Shown piece after piece: positions 5,636-11,406 of a stretch of DNA of 11,406 nt (position 1 is its first letter; every line of letters starts with the position of its first letter). The notes under the pieces were generated by a model that had not been told where the DNA came from, did no database searches, and saw only the letters and a list, made by a program, of their open reading frames with translations. The stretch comes from a virus. Lineage: Duplodnaviria; Heunggongvirae; Uroviricota; Caudoviricetes. A program made the translations under genes and the position numbers. The stretch lies in IMG/VR virus record IMGVR_UViG_2548877011_000002, positions 1 through 11,406 of that record, one strand, 5' to 3'.

Positions 5636-6421
5636 ATGAGTACAGCACTCGCAACGCTGGCTGGGAAGCTGGCTGAACGTGTCGGCATGGATTCTGTCGA
5701 CCCACAGGAACTGATCACCACTCTTCGCCAGACGGCATTTAAAGGCGATGCCAGCGATGCGCAGTTCATCGCATTGTTGATCGTCGCCAACCAGTACGGC
5801 CTTAATCCGTGGACGAAAGAAATTTACGCCTTCCCTGATAAGCAGAACGGCATCGTTCCGGTGGTGGGCGTTGATGGCTGGTCCCGCATCATCAATGAAA
5901 ACCAGCAGTTTGATGGCATGGACTTTGAGCAGGACAATGAATCCTGTACATGCCGGATTTACCGCAAGGACCGTAATCATCCGATCTGCGTTACCGAATG
6001 GATGGATGAATGCCGCCGCGAACCATTCAAAACCCGCGAAGGCAGAGAAATCACCGGACCGTGGCAGTCGCATCCCAAACGGATGTTACGGCATAAAGCC
6101 ATGATTCAGTGTGCCCGTCTGGCCTTCGGATTTGCTGGTATCTATGACAAGGATGAAGCCGAGCGCATTGTCGAAAATACCGCATACACTGCAGAACGTC
6201 AGCCGGAACGCGACATCACTCCGGTTAACAATGAAACCATGCAGGAGATTAACACTCTGCTGATCGCCCTGGATAAAACATGGGATGACGACTTATTGCC
6301 GCTCTGTTCCCAGATATTTCGCCGCGACATTCGCGCATCGTCAGAACTGACACAGGCCGAAGCAGTGAAAGCTCTTGGATTCCTGAAACAGAAAGCCACT
6401 GAGCAGAAGGTGGCAGCATGA
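5636..6421 (+). CDS. bet: Bet (Red-beta single-strand annealing protein)
   Basis: 261-aa product near-identical to lambda Bet as recalled ([37 protein letters not shown]..). Confidence 0.95.
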   Translation: MSTALATLAGKLAERVGMDSVDPQELITTLRQTAFKGDASDAQFIALLIVANQYGLNPWTKEIYAFPDKQNGIVPVVGVDGWSRIINENQQFDGMDFEQDNESCTCRIYRKDRNHPICVTEWMDECRREPFKTREGREITGPWQSHPKRMLRHKAMIQCARLAFGFAGIYDKDEAERIVENTAYTAERQPERDITPVNNETMQEINTLLIALDKTWDDDLLPLCSQIFRRDIRASSELTQAEAVKALGFLKQKATEQKVAA

Positions 6422-7098
6422 CACCGGACATTATCCTGCAGCGTACCGGGATCGATGTGAGAGCTGTCGAACAGGGGGATGATGCATGGCACAAATTACG
6501 GCTCGGCGTCATCACCGCTTCAGAAGTTCACAACGTGATAGCAAAGCCCCGCTCAGGAAAGAAGTGGCCTGACATGAAAATGTCCTACTTCCACACCCTG
6601 CTTGCTGAGGTTTGCACCGGTGTGGCTCCGGAAGTTAACGCTAAGGCTCTGGCCTGGGGAAAACAGTACGAGAACGACGCCAGAACCCTCTTTGAGTTCA
6701 CTTCCGGCGTTAATGTTACTGAATCCCCGATCATCTATCGCGACGAAAGTATGCGCACCGCCTGCTCTCCCGATGGTTTATGCAGTGACGGTAACGGCCT
6801 TGAGCTGAAATGCCCGTTTACCTCCCGGGATTTCATGAAGTTCCGGCTCGGTGGTTTCGAGGCCATAAAATCGGCTTACATGGCCCAGGTGCAGTACAGC
6901 ATGTGGGTGACGCGAAAAGATGCCTGGTACTTTGCCAACTATGACCCGCGTATGAAGCGTGAAGGCCTGCATTATGTCGTGATTGAGCGGAATGAAAAGT
7001 ACATGGCGAATTTTGACGAGATGGTGCCGGAGTTCATCGAAAAAATGGACGAGGCACTGGCTGAAATTGGTTTTGTATTTGGGGAGCAATGGCGATGA
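6418..7098 (+). CDS. exo: Exo (Red-alpha 5'-3' exonuclease)
   Basis: 226-aa product near-identical to lambda Exo as recalled ([62 protein letters not shown]..); 4-nt overlap with bet. Confidence 0.95.
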   Translation: MTPDIILQRTGIDVRAVEQGDDAWHKLRLGVITASEVHNVIAKPRSGKKWPDMKMSYFHTLLAEVCTGVAPEVNAKALAWGKQYENDARTLFEFTSGVNVTESPIIYRDESMRTACSPDGLCSDGNGLELKCPFTSRDFMKFRLGGFEAIKSAYMAQVQYSMWVTRKDAWYFANYDPRMKREGLHYVVIERNEKYMANFDEMVPEFIEKMDEALAEIGFVFGEQWR

Positions 7099-7277
7099 AG
7101 CATCCTCACGATAATATCCGCGTAGGCACGATCACTTTCGTCTACTCCGTTACAAAGCGAGGCTGGGTATTTCCCGGCCTTTCTGTTATCCAAAATCCAC
7201 TGAAAGCCCAGCGGCTGGCTGAGGAGATAAATAATAAACGAGGGGCTGTATGCACAAAGCATCTCCTGTTGAGTTAA
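7089..7277 (+). CDS. Small hypothetical protein (lambda orf60a position)
   Basis: 62-aa ORF overlapping the exo stop; same position and size as lambda orf60a. Confidence 0.5.
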   Translation: MAMKHPHDNIRVGTITFVYSVTKRGWVFPGLSVIQNPLKAQRLAEEINNKRGAVCTKHLLLS

Positions 7278-7441
7278 GAACGAGCATTGAGATGGCACAT
7301 AGCCTTGCTCAAATTGGAGTCAGGTTTGTGCCAATACCAGTAGAAACAGACGAAGAATTTCATACGTTAGCCGCATCCCTTTCACAAAAGCTGGAAATGA
7401 TGGTGGCGAAAGCAGAAGCAGATGAGAGAGACCAGGTATGA
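7250..7441 (+). CDS. Small hypothetical protein (lambda orf63 position)
   Basis: 63-aa ORF overlapping the upstream ORF as in lambda. Confidence 0.5.
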   Translation: MHKASPVELRTSIEMAHSLAQIGVRFVPIPVETDEEFHTLAASLSQKLEMMVAKAEADERDQV

Positions 7442-7521
7442 CAACCACTGAATGCATTTTTCTGGCAGCGGGCTTCATATTCTGTGTGCTTATGCTTGCC
7501 GACATGGGACTTGTTCAATGA
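7438..7521 (+). CDS. Candidate 27-aa hydrophobic peptide (single predicted TM helix)
   Basis: Own translation: MTTTECIFLAAGFIFCVLMLADMGLVQ. ATGA overlap with the upstream stop (7438-7441) and overlap of its stop with the next start (7518-7521). Below the ORF-track size cut-off. Confidence 0.3.
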   Translation: MTTTECIFLAAGFIFCVLMLADMGLVQ

Positions 7522-7733
7522 CACCTCAGCAAGAAAACGCCCTTCGCAGTATTGCCCGTCAGGCTAATTCTGAAATCAAAAAAGCCAGACAGCAGTTTCC
7601 GGATAAAAACGTCGATGACATTTGCCGTAGCGTACTGAAGAAGCACCGCGAAACGGTAACGCTGATGGGATTCACACCGACTCATTTAAGTCTGGCGATC
7701 GGCATGTTAAACGGCGTCTTTAAGGAGCGATGA
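7518..7733 (+). CDS. Small hypothetical protein (71 aa from the internal Met; possible orf61-position homologue)
   Basis: Track ORF 7452..7733; the start MTPQQENALRS.. at 7518 is translationally coupled to the upstream peptide and is preferred. Confidence 0.45.
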   Translation: MTPQQENALRSIARQANSEIKKARQQFPDKNVDDICRSVLKKHRETVTLMGFTPTHLSLAIGMLNGVFKER

Positions 7734-7754
7734 ACATGAAAAGCAAAATCATCA

Positions 7755-7777
7755 GGGAGCTACAGGCTCCTTTTTTA
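7755..7777 (+). terminator. Candidate intrinsic terminator
   Basis: GGGAGC-tacag-GCTCC stem-loop followed by TTTTTTATTATT. Confidence 0.45.
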
Positions 7778-7831
7778 TTATTCGCATTCACCCTCAAGCG
7801 TATTAACCAACAATTCAGGGATTAATGAAAG

Positions 7832-8053
7832 ATGGCGGACATCATTGATTCAGCATCAGAAATTGAAGAATTACAGCGCAATACAGCAATAAAAATGCGT
7901 CGTCTGAACTACCAGACTATATCCGCCACTCATTGTTGTGAGTGTGGCGATCCCATAGATGAACGAAGACGTCTGGCCGTTCAGGGTTGTCGGACTTGTG
8001 CAAGTTGCCAGGAAGATCTGGAGCTTATCAGTAAACAGAGAGGTTCGAAGTGA
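7832..8053 (+). CDS. TraR/DksA-family C4 zinc-finger protein
   Basis: 73-aa ORF with CxxC-N17-CxxC spacing (CCECGDPIDERRRLAVQGCRTCASC), typical of phage TraR-like proteins. Confidence 0.65.
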   Translation: MADIIDSASEIEELQRNTAIKMRRLNYQTISATHCCECGDPIDERRRLAVQGCRTCASCQEDLELISKQRGSK

Positions 8054-8688
8054 GCGAAATTAACTCTCAGGCACTGCGTGAAGCGGCAGAGCAGGCAATG
8101 CATGACGACTGGGGATTTGATGCGGACCTTTTCCATGAGCTGGTAACACCATCGATTGTGCTGGCGCTGCTGGATGAACGGGAAAGAAACCAGCAATACA
8201 TCAAACGCCGCGACCAGGAGAACGAGGATATTGCTCTTACGGTAGGGAAGCTGCGTGTTGAGCTGGAAGCAGCAGAGAACAACCTTATTGATAGTGAATG
8301 CCATGTTGCTGAACTGGAAGAAGCGCTACGCGATAAGCAGGCGTTACTTGAAGCCTCAGAAAAGCGCAACGCAAAATTACAAAGCGAGAATGCATACATC
8401 CGCAACCGGTACAAAGAACTGGACCTGTTAATCGGGAAAAACATTCTTGTCATGCAGGCTGCGATTATCGAATGGCAGGCAACTGGCGACGCTAAAAGCG
8501 GACTGGCATGGATTTATAACACACTGTTTGGCCCAGGCGAATTGCCGGACGAATCTGAGAAAGATGCTCAGGCCTACTTTAATCGCAAATATGCACCGAT
8601 TGACGAAAAGCTTATGGAGCTTCACAAGTGGTTTTGGGAACAAAGTGAAGCCGAGCGCGCCGCTGGCATTCGCATCAAAGGAGAGTGA
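8050..8688 (+). CDS. Ead/Ea22-like coiled-coil protein
   Basis: 212-aa ORF with GTG start overlapping the upstream stop; N-terminus MSEINSQALREAAEQA.. and a central heptad-rich region resemble Ead/Ea22-like prophage proteins; low certainty. Confidence 0.45.
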   Translation: MSEINSQALREAAEQAMHDDWGFDADLFHELVTPSIVLALLDERERNQQYIKRRDQENEDIALTVGKLRVELEAAENNLIDSECHVAELEEALRDKQALLEASEKRNAKLQSENAYIRNRYKELDLLIGKNILVMQAAIIEWQATGDAKSGLAWIYNTLFGPGELPDESEKDAQAYFNRKYAPIDEKLMELHKWFWEQSEAERAAGIRIKGE

Positions 8689-8689
8689 G

Positions 8690-9445
8690 ATGATTCACTA
8701 CCACGGTGGGCCTATTACTCCTGATACGTGCGCAATGAGAGCATGGAAAGGGCGACATGCGTTTATCAGTTTTGCGCATTCAGGCCAGATCAATCTCGCG
8801 GCTGAATACTGTCAGTCGTTCGCGCTGGACAACGGTGCATTCACCGCCTGGAAAGCAGCTGGCAAAAACAAAATCGACTGGAGCGATTACTACGAGTTTG
8901 TTGCTCGCTGGAAGAATCACCCAGGATTCGATTTTGCCATTATCCCGGATGTTATTGATGGCGGAGAGGAGGAAAATGATGCGCTTCTGAATGAGTGGCC
9001 TCACGGAAAACTAGCTGGCGTTCCAGTGTGGCACATGAATGAAAGTGACGAGCGATTTATTCATTTGTGCAATGAGTTTCCGCGAGTGGCTATCGGTAGT
9101 TGTGGCGACTATGACGTAAAGCGCCCAACTCTTGCGGTAGCCAGAATGAAAGACCTGATTCGTCACATTGTTGATGGGCATGGTCAGCCGGTTACGAAAC
9201 TACATGGATTGCGCATGTTAAATCCGCTGATATTCACAAAATTACCCTTAGCCAGCGCAGATAGTACGAACGTCGCTCGAAACATCGGTATTGATAAAGC
9301 CTGGTCTGGGGCTTATGCACCTGCAAGTAAAGAGACACGCGCAGCATTAATGGTAGAACGGATTGAGGCACACAATAGCCCTGGTTCTCTTGCGTATTGT
9401 GAACAACGCGACCGCTTTGAAATGCAATTGCAACTAGCACTTTAA
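8690..9445 (+). CDS. TGT-fold protein, candidate DpdA-like DNA transglycosylase (7-deazaguanine DNA modification)
   Basis: 251-aa product from the ATG at 8690 (AAAGGAGAG RBS; the track's 8447 start lies inside the upstream gene). Collinear motif resemblance to tRNA-guanine transglycosylase: FALDNGAF vs LTDSGGFQ, FDFAIIPDVIDG vs DIVMIFDECTPY, FPRVAIGSCGDY vs GFDGYAVGGLAVGE, LASADSTNV vs GIDMFDCV. By eye only. Confidence 0.4.
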   Translation: MIHYHGGPITPDTCAMRAWKGRHAFISFAHSGQINLAAEYCQSFALDNGAFTAWKAAGKNKIDWSDYYEFVARWKNHPGFDFAIIPDVIDGGEEENDALLNEWPHGKLAGVPVWHMNESDERFIHLCNEFPRVAIGSCGDYDVKRPTLAVARMKDLIRHIVDGHGQPVTKLHGLRMLNPLIFTKLPLASADSTNVARNIGIDKAWSGAYAPASKETRAALMVERIEAHNSPGSLAYCEQRDRFEMQLQLAL

Positions 9446-9455
9446 GGACTAACAA

Positions 9456-10286
9456 ATGACCACTATTACCAAAGAACGTATTGAATTGTTCATTAAAAAT
9501 CCGCTTGAAAACGGGCTTACTCGTGGCGAACAAATGGAACTGGCACGAATTGCACTGGCATCACTGGAACGCGAACTGATTCGCCACGAGCATGCCAAAT
9601 GGTCTGACTCCACATTTGGCTGCGTTGGCCCCATTGGTCCACTGAAACACCTCTCAAAAGAGGCTCTGGAAGCCGCAGCCGAACCAGACGATCTCAGCGA
9701 GTGGGCTGATATGCATTTCCTGTTGTGGGATGCACAGCGCCGTGCTGGCATCAGCGATGCTGAAATTACCGCTGCTATGGAAGATAAATTGAAGATCAAC
9801 ATGGAGCGCCAGTGGCCTGAACCAAAAGATGGTGAGCCTCGCTTGCACATTAAAGAACCCGGCAACTCTCCGGTAATTCCGGATGGTTTATCCACGGTAT
9901 GCGCTGAGGCTTATCAGGTTGTAGGAGTTATGGCAGATGCGCTTGGTGTATTCGGTGATGCAGCAGTACAGAAAGTTCTGGATAACCTGTCACAGCAAAA
10001 ACTTGTTCACAGAGATGTGCTGCCGTTCTCGCTTCCGGCAACTCCGGATGGTTGGATAAGCTGTAGTGAGCGAATGCCTGAAATGGGAGAGCGACAATGC
10101 TATGTGTTAGCAGCTGACTTTAAAAACAACTACCCACCAAACATCCCCAACACTCAGGTCGGCGTATATGGCGACTGGTTTAATGATGGCAAGCCCACTT
10201 GGGATGACGGTGATGGCGAAGACCTGTATCTCAAAGAGGTAACCCACTGGATGCAGCTACCAGAACCGCCGCAGGAGGTGAAATGA
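9456..10286 (+). CDS. DUF550 (dATP/dGTP pyrophosphohydrolase-like) plus DUF551 two-domain prophage protein
   Basis: 276-aa ORF; N-terminal region (HEHAKWSDSTFGCVGPIGPLKHLSKEALEAAAEPDDLSEWADMHFLLWDAQRRAGISDAEI) matches the recalled DUF550 pattern; C-terminal DGWISCSERMPE..VLAADF.. matches the DUF551 pattern. Confidence 0.55.
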   Translation: MTTITKERIELFIKNPLENGLTRGEQMELARIALASLERELIRHEHAKWSDSTFGCVGPIGPLKHLSKEALEAAAEPDDLSEWADMHFLLWDAQRRAGISDAEITAAMEDKLKINMERQWPEPKDGEPRLHIKEPGNSPVIPDGLSTVCAEAYQVVGVMADALGVFGDAAVQKVLDNLSQQKLVHRDVLPFSLPATPDGWISCSERMPEMGERQCYVLAADFKNNYPPNIPNTQVGVYGDWFNDGKPTWDDGDGEDLYLKEVTHWMQLPEPPQEVK

Positions 10287-10369
10287 TGAATTGGCCTGAA
10301 GCATTCACCGCAGTTGGAGTTGCAATAGCGGTGGCATTTATTCTGTATTCGCTTTTCCGCTGGGGATAA
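10283..10369 (+). CDS. Candidate 28-aa hydrophobic peptide (single predicted TM helix)
   Basis: Own translation: MMNWPEAFTAVGVAIAVAFILYSLFRWG. Start overlaps the upstream stop (ATGATG at 10283-10288); the next ORF starts 5 nt after its stop. Below the ORF-track cut-off. Confidence 0.3.
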   Translation: MMNWPEAFTAVGVAIAVAFILYSLFRWG

Positions 10370-10373
10370 AGGA

Positions 10374-10616
10374 ATGTTCGCTCTGATTCAACGTGGTCAG
10401 ATATACACGGACAGAGCCGGATACCCTGTGGTGATTACTCGCAGTACTCAGCACTCAGTGTTCTTTCGACGCATGGACGGGCGCTCCGGACGGGTACGCA
10501 TTGGTGAGTTCAACAACCTGTTCGAACATATTGACCAACAGGAGTACCGCAAAATTCTGGCGGGCACTGAGCAGGAAATGCGCCTGAAAAAATTACGCGC
10601 AATGCAACGGAGGTGA
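10374..10616 (+). CDS. Hypothetical small protein (80 aa; possibly DUF4222-like)
   Basis: Complete ORF with AAGGA before the ATG; family assignment uncertain. Confidence 0.45.
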   Translation: MFALIQRGQIYTDRAGYPVVITRSTQHSVFFRRMDGRSGRVRIGEFNNLFEHIDQQEYRKILAGTEQEMRLKKLRAMQRR

Positions 10617-10619
10617 TAC

Positions 10620-10754
10620 ATGCATACGGCTTTTGAGTTCTGGGTTCGCAAGACATTCGGCAATCGCTACGACCTGACCCGTGATGTCGACGGCTTCTAC
10701 TGCCGTGAAGTTGTGAAACGAATGTTTGACGTGTGGTTCCACTGCCGTGGATGA
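10620..10754 (+). CDS. Candidate 44-aa Cys/Trp-rich small protein
   Basis: Own translation: MHTAFEFWVRKTFGNRYDLTRDVDGFYCREVVKRMFDVWFHCRG. ATG 4 nt after the upstream stop, GGAGGTGA RBS within the upstream gene end. Confidence 0.35.
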   Translation: MHTAFEFWVRKTFGNRYDLTRDVDGFYCREVVKRMFDVWFHCRG

Positions 10755-10772
10755 AAGTTTTATGAGGTTGGC

Positions 10773-11027
10773 ATGCAGACAATCATCTATCAGATAACCC
10801 CCAGCAAATGGTGTACGGAGAGAGTCCTTATTGCATCAACAGGGCTAAAGCCCGGCACCATCGAGCGGGCCAGAAGAAAGTCATGGATGCAGGGAAAAGA
10901 ATACCGCCATTACGCTGTAGAAGGTGATCCTGGGCATTACAGTGAATGCCTGTACAACATCGAAGAAATTATGCGATGGATCGAAAACCAGAAACAACCA
11001 GGTGCCAAAAATGCAAGTTCCGGTTAA
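10773..11027 (+). CDS. xis: Excisionase-like protein
   Basis: 84-aa ORF immediately upstream of the integrase start and co-directional with it; basic, small, with a conserved-looking ITPSKWC segment seen in some prophage excisionases. Call is mainly positional. Confidence 0.5.
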   Translation: MQTIIYQITPSKWCTERVLIASTGLKPGTIERARRKSWMQGKEYRHYAVEGDPGHYSECLYNIEEIMRWIENQKQPGAKNASSG

Positions 11028-11060
11028 CCTGTTAATGCTCCTGGACGTCTGGGAGGTTTA

Positions 11061-11406
11061 ATGAGTAACGCATCATACCCGACAGGCGTTGAAAACCATG
11101 GAGGATCACTCCGTATATGGTTTCACTATAATGGCAAACGTGTCAGAGAAAACCTCGGTGTTCCTGACACAGCCAAAAACCGGAAGATCGCTGGTGAACT
11201 TCGCACTTCCGTTTGTTTTGCAATCAGAATGGGGAGTTTCGACTACGCCGCGCAGTTCCCTAATTCCCCTAACCTGAAACACTTTGGTCTGGGAAAAAGA
11301 GAGATAACCGTTAAGGCACTTTCGGAAAAATGGTTGGACCTTAAGAAAATTGAGATTTGTGCGAATGCACTTAACCGTTACCAGTCAGTAATTAAAAACA
11401 TGTTAC
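11061..11406 (+). CDS. int: Tyrosine integrase, N-terminal (arm-binding) part; 3' end beyond the window
   Basis: Own translation from the ATG at 11061 (GGGAGG at 11051-11056): MSNASYPTGVENHGGSLRIWFHYNGKRVRENLGVPDTAKNRKIAGELRTSVCFAIRMGSFDYAAQFPNSPNLKHFG.., resembling N-terminal domains of prophage integrases. Absent from the ORF track because no stop lies in the window. Confidence 0.6.
   Translation, partial: MSNASYPTGVENHGGSLRIWFHYNGKRVRENLGVPDTAKNRKIAGELRTSVCFAIRMGSFDYAAQFPNSPNLKHFGLGKREITVKALSEKWLDLKKIEICANALNRYQSVIKNML

Noticed and set aside
5362-5676. 104-aa plus-strand ORF in an alternative frame within gam
   Set aside because: Overlaps the near-lambda-identical gam frame; Arg/Thr-rich composition typical of an off-frame translation.
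5597-6073. 158-aa minus-strand ORF
   Set aside because: Lies entirely antisense to bet, whose product is near-identical to lambda Bet; no RBS context; treated as a by-product of the sense gene.
7736-7825. 29-aa ORF with an AAGGAG RBS (MKSKIIRELQAPFLLFAFTLKRINQQFRD)
   Set aside because: It spans the GGGAGC-tacag-GCTCC-TTTTTT terminator hairpin, so the sequence is better explained as a terminator; a leader peptide is not excluded.
8067-8453. 128-aa Ser-rich minus-strand ORF
   Set aside because: Antisense to the Ea22-like gene; low-complexity Ser/Ala composition typical of antisense frames of Glu/Ala-rich coiled-coil genes.
8447-8689. Upstream in-frame extension of the TGT-like ORF (track start at 8447)
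   Set aside because: Would overlap the 3' third of the Ea22-like gene; the ATG at 8690 has a strong RBS and directly follows the upstream stop.
9449-9895. 148-aa minus-strand ORF
   Set aside because: Antisense to the DUF550/551 gene, which has a recognisable domain pattern and a start coupled to its neighbours.
1-11406. Scan for CRISPR repeats, tRNA or rRNA genes, IS elements and tandem repeats
   Set aside because: No regularly spaced direct repeats, no tRNA-like cloverleaf candidates, and no transposase-like ORFs or terminal inverted repeats were seen; the integrase at the right edge suggests any att site or tRNA lies beyond the window.

Overview
This window reads as the immunity-to-integrase arm of a mosaic lambdoid prophage, with the map inverted relative to the usual lambda drawing. 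On the minus strand are the cII-like and cro-like genes (42-710). On the plus strand are the cI repressor (824-1528), a three-gene cassette (1665-3006) in the slot lambda uses for rexAB, an intrinsic terminator, oL/pL, a P22-type nutL boxB and N antiterminator, an AT-rich orphan ORF, ea10, a near-lambda-identical cIII-kil-gam-bet-exo module, several small accessory genes, an excisionase and the 5' part of an integrase running off the right edge. The main finding is that the rex-slot cassette looks like a tripartite toxin-antitoxin-chaperone (TAC) module: a HigB-type toxin, a HigA-type antitoxin with a ~90-aa C-terminal extension, and a SecB-like chaperone, with its own TATAAT promoter flanked by two palindromes. 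A second candidate is a TGT/DpdA-like protein (8690-9445) next to a DUF550/DUF551 nucleotide-pyrophosphohydrolase-like protein, possibly a DNA-modification pair. No rRNA, tRNA, CRISPR array or IS element was seen. All calls rest on reading the sequence and recalled protein families; no database search or computation was run, and comparisons to lambda, P22 and E. coli sequences are from memory.
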